Shown: positions 12,601 to 26,104 of the stretch, piece after piece
Layout: each line of letters starts with the position of its first letter
How positions within the stretch are numbered: the stretch's first letter is position 1
Position numbers and translations under genes: made by a program
Assembly (NCBI GenBank): GCA_038087875.1
Contig: CM075989.1
Span: 16,680,001-16,744,000, forward strand
DNA: 64,000 nt
Origin: Malacoraja senta
Taxonomy: Eukaryota
Reading direction: 5' to 3'
Notes under the pieces: generated by a model
Seen by the model: the letters and a program-made list of their open reading frames with translations, nothing else
What the model was told of the DNA's origin: nothing
Databases searched by the model: none

Positions 12601-15074
12601 CTGGAATTTAGGACAGAGAAAAACAGTTAATATTGTATTAATATTACGCCTTTTGCATCTTCAGGATTTTTTTGAGCACTTCATACCAATAATAGTTTGT
12701 GACCAATAAAGATTTAATGATTTAATCTCTGGGCTCAAGACTATAATGTAGGTGTTTATTTTCCTCTTGACATCTGTTTCTAATTATTCATTATTTGCAT
12801 GACAATCTTTTGGGGGCCGTACACACTTTGTTTGATGCAGTTGTTCATTTTTTAGTAATTTACTAGATTGATATGCTTTTGAAAAAATATAATTACTCCT
12901 TTTAATGTAACAGTGGCGCTCTACATCGGTATCAGATAATAACGCATTGTAATCATCAGATCGCAACCGCTTAACGTAGACATTCTCCCATCCTTAAACT
13001 TTTAATAAAAATTCTTATACTACACCCATTAAATAGCGAGCCAGGAACCAAAGACAATATTTAGTACAAAGGAGAGATGAAATGTAAATTTGATTGTGAA
13101 TGCAAGAGAAAGGAATTCATTTTGATTGTTGTGCGGTTAAATCCTGTCAACTGTAGAGTACGAAAATTTATTTATTGAAGTTAGTGTTCCACGGCATGAA
13201 CATTCTTGTAATTCCCTGCATGCTCATTTAATTATTGATTCTTCTGTCTGCGGTAAATTTAAATACACTCGCCTCTGCGATGAAACTGAAAAGATGATCA
13301 TCTGCGATGAAATACCTTATTCATTGTTGTCTATCTTCCTCTTCTAAACGTGGATACTGCAGATGCTGGAATTTTTTTTTTAAACGACAAAGTGCTGGAG
13401 TAATTCAACAGGCCAGGCAGCTGGAGAACATGGAACAAGTATTGTCTATGGTTCTAGGTTCACCATTTAGTGGTTGCAAGATAAGAAATTTTATAAATAG
13501 TATAAGGATGGGAGAATATGTACGTTAAGAGGTTGCGATCTGATGATTACAATGCATTATAATCTGATACCGTTGTAGGGTGCCACTGTTACATTAAAAG
13601 GTGTAATTATATTTTTTTCAACAGCATATCAATTCAGCAAACTGGAGAACATGGAGAGGTGACATTTTGGGTTAGGTTTGAAGAGGGGACCTGACTCAAA
13701 ACGTTACCTAATCCATGTTCTCAAGAGATGCTGCCTGACCCAATGAGTTAGTCCAGCACTTTGTGTCTTTTTGTATTCCTCATCTATATGTAGCTTTACA
13801 CACCACTACTCCCAACTTATAATTTACAGTTATTTATTGTGAGGAGATCTCTTCTGTCAGTGTGAATGCTCTTCCATCTTAGACCAATGATGGATGCTCA
13901 CAATAAAAAAACAGAAGCCTGTAAAACAAAACTATTAAAAACAGTTCAGATTTTGATCCTTTGTCGAAATTGGAAGAAATTTAATGGACAGCGTTTATAA
14001 AGGAATAATTTTAGAAGAATGAGAGATGGCCTCAATGAAATCTATAAGGCTCTGGGAGCCACTGACAAACTGGAAGGTGGGAGGCAGGAAAGTTCTCTTA
14101 CAGCAGTATCTAGAACTAGGCAACATGGTTTCAGAGAAGGGGGTTTCTCATTTCAGACAGAGATTAAAGATATTTCTCCTCTGAACTTTGAACTTTGGGA
14201 TTCTCCATCCCCAAAACCTGTTGAGCCAAGTCATTGTATGTTTCCATTCTAGAAACCTCGATGCCACTAGATGTACAGGGAGGGAGGGGGGAAGTGTTGT
14301 TGAAGCCAAGATTGGATCAGCCATGATCGTTTTGAGTGGAAGAGCAGGCTCAACAAGTAGATATGCCTAATCCTGCTCCTGTTCTCATTTTGTTTCCACT
14401 AACCCTTCCCTTTGATTTTGTAATTAGCCAGTTCTTTCTGGTATTTACAATCCAACAATCATCATAGCAGTTTCATTTGCTTTATTTTCTCTGTATCTCC
14501 TTCATCATCCAGGGATCCCCAGATCTGCAGCTTACACCAATTTTAAATCTCTTGCTCTCAGTTTTAATCTTCATCAGATGGTTGAATCATTTATCCCGAG
14601 ACTGGTCTAAATGAAACTAAATTGAAACACCAGACCCTTCTCTGTAAATTATGCTCTGCAATAATAAGGGACGTGCACAAAATGTGGGCTGTGTGGTAAA
14701 TTGTGAAAGGGGATATATCAACAATCACCCAGGAAAACTACTTTAGGGATGCCTGCACGCTCTATGATGTAAGGACATGATTGCACATCTTGGGCCACAA
14801 TATTACATTTGCTCGGCTGCTCAATTATTCAATAATTGCTGCTGAGGCAAACTGATCACGATCAAACTGAACCAGGAATATCCATCCAATATCCTCAGTA
14901 TACATCTGTAATGTCTGTAATCTGTAATACATCTGTAATCTGACAAGTTGCAGAGAGCTGGCAAAAATCAAGGCATGTAAATGCTTGTGCCTCAGAGATT
15001 TAAAGTAATTTTTGGAAGATTTGTGTTTGCGCAACATCAGGACAAACCTAGGTGCTTTTAAAAAAAAAAAAAAA

Positions 15075-15612
15075 GACACAAAGTGCTGGAAGAGCTCAAA
15101 GGGTCAGGCAGCATTTTTGGTGAACATGGATAGGTGAAGTTTCGGATCGGGATCCTTCTTCAGACTGATAGTAGTGGGGAGAAAGCTGGAAGACAGGTGG
15201 GAGGCAGTTGTGGGGGGAAGAAAAAAACTCTGGCAAATGATAGATGGATGCAGTTGAGGTGGGGGGGGGGGGGGGGGGTTAATTGACAGATGGATGGACA
15301 AAGGCCAGAGCTGGGGAAAAAACAAATGCCTGATAGATATGGAGAGAAGAGGCATGAAATGTGAGGCCAATGGTAGAGATATCTGCCATTCAACACCTCC
15401 CCACCCCTCACATTTATCCACCTATCACTTGCCAGGCTTTGTCTCACCTCCACCTCTCTTCCAGCTTCCTCCCCCATTGCAATCTGTCTGAATAAGGGTC
15501 TCAACCCAAAACGTCACCTATCCATGTTCTCCACTGATGCTGCCTGGCCCGCTGAGTTACTCAAGCACTTTGTGACTTTTGTTGTAAACTAGCAACTGCA
15601 GGTACTTGTGTC
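15075..15612. mobile_element. Penelope-like repeat with inverted terminal segments and hammerhead-like cores
   Basis: 15075-15165 is an inverted copy of about 15486-15575. Minus-strand core CUGAAGA-A-GGAUCCCGAUCC-GAAAC-UUC at 15136-15163. Confidence 0.6.
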
Positions 15613-17825
15613 TGTTTTTTTTTTTAACAAAGCAGGTTTCAAGTGTAATCTCATGTGTAATGTAGGAAACCAATTTATGCAACTTTCAGCCTGCACAGTT
15701 AGATAAAGTATGTGTCACCCTTCTCTCCAATGGTATTAGCACCAATTGCCAAAATGTGTTTGCGCAACATCAGGACAAACCTAGGTGCTTTTAAAAAAAA
15801 GAAAAGACACAAAGTGACCTATTTCCTTTGCTCCATAGATGCTGTTGCACCCGCTGAGTTTCTCCAGCATTTTTGTGTACCTTTGTGTTTGGTGGGAGCA
15901 GGTTTCCAGCTCCCCATGGATAGCAGCCACATATAAATGTTTAATAGATTGAGGAAACAGAGAAATGCCACAGAAGAGGAGTTGAGGCTAGCATAGATCA
16001 GCCATGATCATATTCAATGGTGGGGCAGGCTTGAAGGGACTGATTGCTTGCTCCTGCTCCTGTTTTATTGTGTGAATGTAGCAAAATGTCTCTCAAACTG
16101 GGCACAATGCCTGAAGCCATCCTCCACAAATTTGGTGCTGAAATAAACACTGACCTGACACCAGAGTGCATGTGGAGGGCCAACTGTTCTGCTAATTAAC
16201 TATGTGACTTCTGATTCTCATCAGAAGCAGGGGAGTAAGATCTCAAAGGTGGGATCACTGAAATGTCAGGTGTGCATCTTGGATCTTTTATAGTGCAGGG
16301 AAACCTGGGTCACTACCTCGAAAGTATACTGAATATAAACCAATGGTGTAATCTGTCAGAAAGCTGGGCAGAGTGACAATGCAGTTTACTGCAGTTTAAA
16401 TTACATGTCCACCTCGTGTTGATTCTTAATTTAGAAACATGAAAGCCTTCACTTGACTAAATCATCATTAAAGTACCATTCTGATCTCTGTGTGTATGTG
16501 ACTGAATGCCTCAGAACCACTTTGCCTGATGACAGGTCATGGATGTCAAATATAATTTCCCATTAAAATGCTAATGCTGTTGCCATGGCTGCAATCTCTT
16601 GGGGACCACAACAGCATTCTAATTATAACTGCAGCTATAAACTAGCAACCAGGCATATCACAAACTTGAAGAGAATCGGAATTTGAGAACGTATGAATTA
16701 TTGGTTTGATCAATGTGGATTGGCTTTAAATTGCCGTTGTAAGCAAAGTTTCAGCAGTGGTTTTATTGGCTGAAATTGCAGAATTGCACTGAAAAATCCA
16801 AACAAGATGTATAACCCAAAATGGGCGTGTGAAAATAACTGGCGGTACTTTTCATTAATCAATTTGATTTTCTATTTGACACAAGTTTTCCTGAGTGTAG
16901 CTAAACCCCCCAGACGGTCTTACTGAGCCACTATCATGTCTCTGGAAGGGATTAATACAAGTTCCCCACATCCCTCCTTCCCACCTGGGAGAAGTAACCA
17001 CATACTCTTTGAGTTTGTTATATGCATGAGTTATATCTCCAGTGAATTTGGGTTTAACAGCTGGTTAAGGAAGTGCTCCCTGATAGACATTTTATTAATC
17101 TCAAATCATCAATAAAGCTCAAATGAATGGGAAGAATTTGATGTGGAGGTGAAGGGTGTTAAAAGCTAGAGTACTGTCCGATTTGCCTCTACCCCATTGA
17201 GAACATTGGACTCTGCTTAATGTCTAAGCAGTTCTTGAAGGATAGTCATTTTGAAAGTTCATGCAGATTTTTTTTTATGACTGGATTTGTGGTGATTGCA
17301 CTTTTTTTTACAAAAACGTTGTCAAAACATTGCTGTTTACAGGCGCCACTCTTTGTAGTTCCTTACTGCCCTCTTTGTTACCTGTCGAAACAACACTAAA
17401 GTTCTTCTTTCCACAGGTGCTGACTGGCCTGCTGAGTGTATCCAGCATTTCCTGTCTTTATTTCAGGATTCGAGCATCTGCAGTATTTTTTATTGTAGCG
17501 CCTCATCTCAATAATTCCTGCTTCATTCTATCCCACTTCAGAGGTTTTCTTCTCTTGTCCTCTTGCTTCATAAAAATTGTTTTGCTCTAACTTTTCCCAG
17601 TTCTGATGGGAGGACAGTGATCTATTGCCTAACTGAATATTTCCAACATGATCTTTTTTATTACATTTCAGATTTTTTTGCTCCGTTGCACAAATGTTAA
17701 ATCCCACACCAACATCGGAAGCTGATATTTACGGTTCTGATATCAGAAATTGAGGCACTGAAAATCAAATTGAAGTCATTCTGATTTGTAACCATTAGGA
17801 CTGATAATCACCACACCATAATCCC

Positions 17826-18025
17826 NNNNNNNNNNNNNNNNNNNNNNNNNNNNNNNNNNNNNNNNNNNNNNNNNNNNNNNNNNNNNNNNNNNNNNNNNNN
17901 NNNNNNNNNNNNNNNNNNNNNNNNNNNNNNNNNNNNNNNNNNNNNNNNNNNNNNNNNNNNNNNNNNNNNNNNNNNNNNNNNNNNNNNNNNNNNNNNNNNN
18001 NNNNNNNNNNNNNNNNNNNNNNNNN
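17826..18025. other. Assembly gap (200 N)
   Basis: Run of exactly 200 N, typical of a fixed-size scaffolding gap. Confidence 0.99.
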
Positions 18026-18300
18026 AATCCCCATAATGTGCACCTGTAATTCAAAAGCAAATTGTTGCCTGAATGAGCAAAGCCAGCAATTGTGGCTCAT
18101 CAGTTGAGAAGTTGGAGACGAGTCTTCCCTTTCAACTGCTGCGGTTCATGAGGTAAAGATGCTCCTACGGTGTTTTTTGCAGTCGATATTGGAACCAATG
18201 ATCGAGAAAGAACTGCAATGTCGAATTTCTAATTCAGGATGGTGTCGGACTTGAAGGCTCTGGTGTTCCCATGTACCTCTTGGTCTTATCCTCTGTACAA

Positions 18301-19200
18301 TCAATTCAATTCAATTCAATTCAATTTATTTGTCTTTTGGACAAATTTGTCATTTGGACCCCTTGAGGTCCAAACGAAATGTCGTTTCTGCAGCCATACA
18401 ATACAAAACGAAGAAGACCCGAGACAGAACACAATTTACACATACATCCATCACAACACTGTGATGGAAGGCAAAAAAAACTTATCTCTCCACTGCACTC
18501 CCCCCCCCCCCCCCCCCCCCCCCCCCCGATGTCAGAGTCAAATTCAAAGCCCCCGGCGGGCGATGGTGATTATCCCGCGGCCATTAAAGCCACGCCGGGT
18601 GATGCAAGCTCGCGCACCGGGTCTTGGTGTTAGAGCCCCGGCGCGCGCCCGCAAAGTCCGGCGGCCATTCCAAGCCGCGCGGGGGGATAAAACCCCGCTC
18701 CAGGTGCTCTTCAACCCCGCAACTCGGGCGGGAGAAGTCGCCGCTGCGGAAGCCCCGAAAAGTGGTCTCCCACCAGGGGACCCACGGGCTTCCGGTGTTG
18801 CCGTCCGCCAGACCCGCGGTTGTAGCCTCCGAATCTCCGGCGGTCGGGTCGCAGCAGCGATTGTTTCCACCACAGCTCCACCCGCTCCGGACTCGGCCAG
18901 CCCCGCGACGGTGAGTAGTCCGCAGCTCCACAACTGGAGCCCCAGGTCGTTCCTGCTGGAGGCCGCTCCACGTTGCCCAGCCCCAACGACAACGGAGACC
19001 CGACAAAGAAAAGGTCGGGTCTCCCGTGCAGGGGAAAGATTTCAAAGTTCCCCCCCCCACCCCCACCCCCACCCCCCCCACCCCCACACACATACCCCGA
19101 CAAAAAAAAAAAAAAAAACTACACAAAAACGAGACAAAAATAATAAAAAGACAGACGGACTGCAGAGGCCGCTGCTGACGAGAGTCGCGCTGCCCACCCG
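18301..19200 (-). mobile_element. GC-rich non-autonomous retroposon with (TTGAA)n tail
   Basis: Plus-strand (caatt)n followed by 'tttatt' corresponds to a minus-strand AATAAA plus tail. 3' stem-loop 'tttggacc-ccttga-ggtccaaa'. CpG-rich body with poly-C tracts. Only low-complexity ORFs. Confidence 0.65.
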
Positions 19201-20562
19201 AGGAAATTGAACTGTAAAGAAGAAAAATACTTGCATTTAAACAGTGCCTTTTGTGTCCCTTGCAGGGTGCACTCCAGGTCCTGCAAACATGAGGTTTAGG
19301 TTTATCATGGTCACGTATACTGAGGTACTGAGGTACGGTGAAATGCTTTGTTTTGCTTGTTATCAAATCAGATTATACTATACATAAATACAATTAACCA
19401 ACTCAAGTACAATAGGCAGAGCAAAGGGAAAGATTCAGAGTGCAACATATAGTTCTCAGCATTGGCGGATTCCAGAGACAAAGTCCAATGTCAGCAAAGG
19501 GGTAGAGGTGAATCGGCCAGTATTCTAGCTTATGGAAGGATTGTTCAGAAGCCTGATGACAGAGGAGCAAAGCTGTTCCTGAGGAATAGAAGAGTGGTGA
19601 CAGAGGGGAAGAAACTGTTCCTGACAAGTTCAATGTACAGATTTTGTTTAAAGAGGTGTTGACTGAGGGGTAAATAATAGCCAGGTTACTGGGAATAACT
19701 TGCTTGCCCCTCTTCAGAAGTTTCATGGGATATTTTTATATTCACTTGGTTGAGCAGAAAAAAGCTTCGATTTGATGTCTTGTCCAAAAGATGGCACTGT
19801 CTTGACTCTGAACTCAAGCTTGAGTTGAGATTTTTGTACCCAGGCCTCTGAGGTAGAGCCCAAAGTCACAACCTTCTAACCCCAAGGTGTTCGCAGTCCC
19901 ACTTCCTCCACGTTAAGATGGCAGCTAAAAAATTAATGCAAACTTATAAACAAGACATTTTAATTTCCAGTCCCATAGATAGCTTTCGACTAGTCCCAGG
20001 AACAACTCCACTATATGACAATCTACAAACCTTGAGTAAAACACAAAGTGCTGGAATGGGTCAGGCAGCATCTGTGAACTCTATGGGTCTATCAGGCAGC
20101 ATCTGTCGGGACTCTACTTGAGACCGATGGAATAGAGGGGACATATATTGTCCAGTATAGACATATTCCCATCACTTCCATACAAATCAATAACAAAACG
20201 GTCAATTGCAAAGGATTAACTGCACCAGCAATCTCGGGTGATTCCATTAAATCCTTGCTCCTCATTAAAGAGCGATTTTACTTAAATTACTTGATTCTCT
20301 CCACTTTAAAAGATCTGCAGATGTTCGGCCAATTGAAGTGTTAATTAAGTGAACTTTTATTTTATTCTGCTGGTTGTTCACTAGGTACATCGGATCTGAG
20401 CAGCAGAGCGCTGCAGTAATGAGACATTGCCGCAGTGTGTATTGGGTGTGTGGTGATGAAGCAGCCGAGTGATGCTTATTGTTGGGGCTTAACTTTCGCC
20501 ACCCTCACTACCTGTGGATGCTGCCAAGTATTTGATGCTATTTGGGCTCAGATACTGGAGAA

Positions 20563-21135
20563 TAAAGGGCCTATCCCACTTGGCCATCATTTACATGACA
20601 GGCCGGTAGTGACTGACGCGCGACAGTCGCATGCGTCCACATAGCCGTCTGGAGCGCGTGACGTCATTTGAAGATAGACACAAAATGCAGGAGTAACTCA
20701 GCGGGACCGGCAGCATCTCTGGAGAGAAGGAACGGATGATGTTTCGGGTCGAGACTCTTCTTCAGTCTGAAGAAGGGTCTTGACCCGAAACGTCTTGGCC
20801 TCGCTCTGGGAGTAGGAGTGGGGGCGGATCCGGATCCGCAACAGACGTGAGCCCCAGGCCGAGCTCGGCGATCGTTTGCCTGCTTCTGCTGCTGTAGGAG
20901 GTGAGACGTTGCGACACGCCAGGGTCATGGGCCTGCCCCACTTTGGCTGTCAGTTACGCGACAGGCCAGTGGCGCGCGAAGATTTCATGCAGGATGAAGT
21001 CCACACTCCTCCACGCCACTCCACACTCCTCCACACCACTCCATGCGCCCGTCCCGCACTACCCACGCACTACCCACACGCTAGCAGGTCGCGTAAATGG
21101 AGCGCGAATGACGGCTAAGTGGGACAGGCCCTTTA
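20563..21135. mobile_element. PIF/Harbinger-type MITE containing a hammerhead-family repeat
   Basis: About 23-bp TIRs: taaagggcctatcccacttggcc and ggctaagtgggacaggcccttta, with TWA-type outer trinucleotides. Confidence 0.75.
20767..20794 (+). ncRNA. Minimal hammerhead ribozyme-like core
   Basis: CUGAAGA-A-GGGU(CUUG)ACCC-GAAAC-GUC. Stem III has no loop and stem I is weak. Confidence 0.55.
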
Positions 21136-22000
21136 GCGACACATGGGAAACTGGTACAAATCGTTTAGAGCAAATGGGAGTTAAGACAAGTGGACAATTT
21201 AGCACCAAAACTGACCTGGTAATATAAGGTGATGGTAGAGTGTTGCTGTTGAGATTGAAACCTGTGACCATTGGCACCAGAGGGATCCATTTTGGAACCC
21301 TCATCATTGGATGTATTCATGAACGATTTGGATATTTAGGAGATGTAATAGTAAGTTCACAGATGACACAAAATTGGCGGTGCTGTTAATAGAGAGGAAG
21401 GTAGTCTTAGACTACAGGATAATATTGATCAGTTGGCAATATGACAGAATAGTGGCAGATGGAATTTAATCCTGATAGGTTTGAGGTGATGCATTTGGGA
21501 GGGCTAATAAGAATAGGACTCAAATACTGGTAGCATTGTTGGAATAGAGGGAGCTTGGTGTACAACTCCAAGGTTCCCTGAAGGTGTCAGACAAGATGAT
21601 AAACTGGCTGTACAGGATATGTCCCTTCATTGGCAGAGGCATAAAAGTATAAGAGCAGGGGAAATATGGTATAAGTATATGACATTAGTTAGACCACAGC
21701 TGAAGCATTGTGCAGTTCTGGTCCCCACACTATAGGAAAGATGCGATTGCACTGGTGAGGGTGCAGAGAAGATTCACCAGGATGTTGGTTGGGATGTTGT
21801 GAGAGTGCAGCTTCCATCTCCACATCAGGCCATGGCTCCAGTTTTCAAATCATTAAAAAAAAAATCTTCCTCAGATCCTCACTCTAACCCCTTACCTTAA
21901 ACTCTTGCCCTCCAGATATAGATACTTCTGCTCTGGGATTTATTATCTCTCCCAACTATGCCTCTTACAGTTTTGTACACCTCAATCAGGTCCCCCCTCA

Positions 22001-23949
22001 TGGGGCTGTGCCACTGTGCGAGCTAATTCAAGAGTTCTCCCGAGTTTCCCCTGATTCGAACTCGGAGACTTACGGTAATAGCCGCTCGTAGGTACTTGGG
22101 GCTCTCGTGGACATTTCTCAACATGTTGAAAAATCTTCACGAGCCTTCCCGAGCTTACCGTGTTTCCCGAGTACCTGCCGTTAGCGTTACGAGCCGCTAA
22201 GAGACGTCCCGAGCTCCGACGTACCCGCAACGTACATTCTTTTTTTTTTTTTTAATATTTTAATTTTATTAGAAGTAAGTACAATTGTATACAATCATAT
22301 TTTCATAATACAGCTTCTTATTATTTTATTATAATAAAGAAGAAAAAGAAAAATAAATTAGATAATGAAGTATAGAAAAATATGAGATATATAGTGTGTG
22401 GAAAAGAAAAATAGGAAGTGAAAGAAGAAAGTTAAAGAATAGAAAATAGGAAAAAGAGAATAAAGAGAAGAAAAAGAAAAAAGAAGTAAGGAGATCTTAT
22501 TTATAATCTTGACCATCCCTCGCCCAATTACGAGTTAGCTTTTACAATTGTGTTGCACTATATGATTCCAAAAAGACGACAAATGGAGACCAACTCGTTA
22601 TGAATTGGTCAAATTTATCTATTAGGAGGAATCGCATTTCCTCAAGATGTGCGGTGTCCAACATACTTGCAATCCACATTTTGAGCGTTGGTATTGGTGT
22701 ATTTTTCCAAAATTTAAGTATTCATTTTTTTGCTATTATTAAACCATAATTAAAAAATAATTTTTGAGTTGGATTCAATTTATTCCCCTCTTCCATTACC
22801 CCAAATATAATCAATTCATTATTAGGTTCCATTTTTATCTTAAATAATTTTGTGAATATTTTGAAAATATCACTCCAAAATCTATAAAGTTTTATACAGG
22901 AAACAAAAGAGTGTGTTATAGTTGCATCTTGGGTTAAACATTTATCGCAAGTGGGGGATATATTTGTGTAGAATTTATTTAATCTTGTTTTTGAGTAATA
23001 TAATCTATGTAAAATTTTTAATTGAATTAGATTATGTCTTGCATTAATCGAACATTTGTGAATGTATGTCAAATACTTTTCCCATGTAACCTTCGTAATT
23101 TTTATCATTAATTCCCGTTTCCCACTCTTCTCTAAGTACCTCTGTCGCTGGTAAATCTATATTTAAAATACTATTATATAAATATGATATTAATTTTTGT
23201 GTATCAGCTTTAATATTCATTGCTTCTTCCAATAAATCAGGAGTTATTTTTTGATATCCTTGTATGTATGTCTTCAAGAAATCGCAAATCTGAAGATATT
23301 TAAAATAATGATTGTTTTTCAATTTAAATTTTAATTGTAATTGTTGAAATGATAGTAAATCTCCCATTTCATACATATCCCCGATCCTTTTAATTCATAA
23401 ACTTTCCCATTGATTATATATTTAGTCCATAAGAGATGGTTTAAATAAAGGATTATTCGCTATTGGTGTTAACAATGATAGGTTTCTTAATTTTAAGGAT
23501 AATTTTATTTGTTTCCATATTCTTATTGTATCCTGTATAATTGGGTTCTTCTTATATATTGTATTGTTCATTTTTTTCGGGGAGAAGAGGATCGTTCCTA
23601 TATTACAAGGAAAACAATCCTCTTTCTCCATTTTTATCCATTCTGTCTGTTAGGTAGAACTATCCAACCAGTAAATTATATTCTTAATATGTATTGCCCA
23701 ATAATAATACAGAAAATTCGGGAGTGAAAGTCCCCCGACATCTTTTGGTTTACATAAGTGTTCTTTTTTAATTCTATGTGATTTATAATCCCAAACAAAA
23801 TTAGTAATATTAGAGTTTAATTTTTTTTAAAAATATTTTGGTACATATACTGGTATAGACTGAAATAAGTATAATAACTGCCCACGAGTTTGATTTTTTT
23901 TTAAACTCAGGAGAGTTCTTGAATTAGCTCGTACAGTGGGACAGCCCCA
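22001..23949. mobile_element. PIF/Harbinger-type MITE interrupted by an L1/Tx1 fragment
   Basis: TIRs tggggctgtgccactgtgcgagctaattcaaga and tcttgaattagctcgtacagtgggacagcccca. 3-bp TSD TCA (21998-22000, 23950-23952) inside a CR1 fragment. Confidence 0.85.
22240..23880 (-). mobile_element. 5'-truncated L1/Tx1-clade LINE (ORF2 C-terminus, 3' UTR, poly-A)
   Basis: Frameshifted ORFs 23422-23631, 23044-23376 and 22722-23108 with motifs QLKILHRLYYS and CDKC...HSFVSC. Poly-T on the plus strand at 22240-22253. Confidence 0.9.
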
Positions 23950-25580
23950 TCAGTCTTCTCTGCTGCCAGGAAAAACAAACCAAGTTCATTTTAACAAAAA
24001 TAAATGAGTTCATTACAAACTGAGATTTAAAGATCATTGGAAATTCAAGGGATAGTGGGATATCGAGCAGGCTAGGAGAATTATATTGAACTCAAAAATC
24101 AACCATGATCTTGCCGATTGGCAGAGTATGCTCAAAGGGCCGAATGGTCTTCTCTTTATGCTATTTCTTCCATTCTTTTTGTCCTCTTCACCATCTGATG
24201 TGAAATCTGGCAGAAAGGATCATACAGGCATACTGGAAATCCAGCCTGATTCTTTAGTTTTGGATTGCAGATAAGGTTTTATCCATCTCCCAGAGAAGAG
24301 CACGCAGTCAGCAGAGATTTAGCAGGGATACCTGCAAAGGCAGGGCAGGTCAAGCCTGAACCCTCTCTTAATCTCCCCAGTCTGGTCACAGGATGCAACA
24401 AAAGCCCAAAGCTGGCATTAATGGTAACAAAAAAAAACCTTATTTGATTAATACTTCTGTTCAGTGTCCATCAATATAAAGGATTTAAAAAAGTGATTAA
24501 GAATCAATAATAGCTTCTGAATGTACTAAAATATTGAATTAAAAATTATTTTCTTTCCAATGAAGCACGGAGAGGTTTCAAGAAGTCAAAGAGCTCTGAT
24601 TTACGGTGTTATTCTTGGCTTGGAACATATAGTTTCAGTGCCAGTAATGATCCATGCGAAGAGATAATGCTGCATCAATCTGCAATCTGGCACAGAGCAT
24701 CACTTGAGGAGAGCGATCGGCTGGGCTATTGATTAGTCTGAAAGCATTAGCTGACGATTTCTCTAACGCTTGCAGAAAACCCCTGTGGGAGCTCCAGAGA
24801 GTCAGTTTTGTGTTATGTGCTCCTGTGGGGGCTCCGGAGCAAGTTTCTTTTGGGTAGCCTTGCCCACTGTAGCCCTGGCACAACAGCTGGGATGCCAGCT
24901 GCCTATGGGATGAAGCTGGCAAAATGGCTGATCTAGAATATTTCAGTACAATTAAAGTTGTGGGAAGAAATTTGTCTTTGGTCACTATGGCAAAGTAAGA
25001 TGGCTCGTAGAGCTGCTGCCTCACAGAGCCAGAGACCTGGATTTGATCCCAACCTTGGGTGCTGTCTGTGTGGAGTTTGCCTGTTCTCCCTATGACCACG
25101 TGGCTTTCCTCTGGGTGCTAAAAGACCTGTTTCCATGCTGTATCTTTCAATCAAACAAATATGACTGTAATGGCTGCTGATTCTAATTAGCTCCATGAAT
25201 TAACTTCTGTTCAATTGCAACTAAATCTGAGTCTTTTTGCCTTTCCTTACAGTAAAGATGAGCAGTGAACCCTGCTGGATGGGGTCAGCAGTTCCATGCT
25301 TAATTATTGCAACACAAAACGAGGCCATTTGGCCCATTGAGTTTATGCCAGTTCTGATTGTGCTTTACAAACTTCTGAGGGGGTACAAACAGTGTAGCTG
25401 GTGAGAAACCAGCAGACTTGGCAATAAATAAAAAGCACGAGTTTGAGATAAGTTGTAGGGGATTTAGAGAGGATATGGAATATATATATATATTTTCCAG
25501 TGTAATTAACAAACAAAGGTTAACATTTAAACAATTGAGAGATAATGGAGAACAACCATATACTGAAGGAATGCACCACT

Positions 25581-25888
25581 TTAGTTCAGTTCAGAGATAC
25601 AATGCAGTTACAGGCCCTTCAGCCCACCGGGTCCACGTCGACCAGCAACTCCAGTATACTAGCCCTATCCTACACAATAGGGACAATTTACAATTTTTAC
25701 CAAAGCAAATTAAGCAACAAACCTGCACGGCTTTGGAGTGTGGGAGGAAACCAGAGCATCCAGGGAAAACCCACGGGGTCGCGGGGAGAACGTACAAACT
25801 CCGTATAGACCGCACCCGTAGTCAGGATCGAAGCCTAGTCTCTGACGCTGTAAGGCAGCAACTCTACCGATGTGCTACCGAGCTGCCC
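25581..25888 (-). mobile_element. tRNA-derived V-SINE (HE1-like), near full length
   Basis: Minus strand begins 'gggcagctcggtagcacatcggtagagttgctgccttacagcgtcagagac..ttcgatcctgact', followed by the V core, a CR1-type tail and (tgaac)n. Confidence 0.8.
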
Positions 25889-26104
25889 AATGCCACCATG
25901 GGTGGAAAATATCAGCGACGTTAAAGCAGGGAAGTTCTTGGTATCCTTCATATCATAGCCAGATTCATGTTTTGTTATTGTTTCTTGGGAGACGTTTATG
26001 AAGATCACGCAGATTGTAACTGCTTAGTAAATTGTGTGTCTTCCAACAAGGCAACGGAATGATCAGAACCAAGTGAAGAAGGGTCCTAACCCAACACATC
26101 ACCT

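Noticed and set aside
12935..12965. Possible C/D-box snoRNA motifs (TGATGA...CTGA on the minus strand)
   Set aside because: The boxes are only about 20 nt apart with no terminal stem or guide, so it is too short for a snoRNA.
17776..18100. ORFs spanning X runs
   Set aside because: Artefacts of the N gap.
18239..19366. Long ORFs (323 aa +, 260 aa -)
   Set aside because: They lie in a GC-rich retroposon with poly-C and poly-A tracts, give low-complexity Pro/Arg/Gly translations on both strands, and contain no recognisable domain.
25418..25924. 168-aa ORF
   Set aside because: Antisense read-through of a V-SINE.
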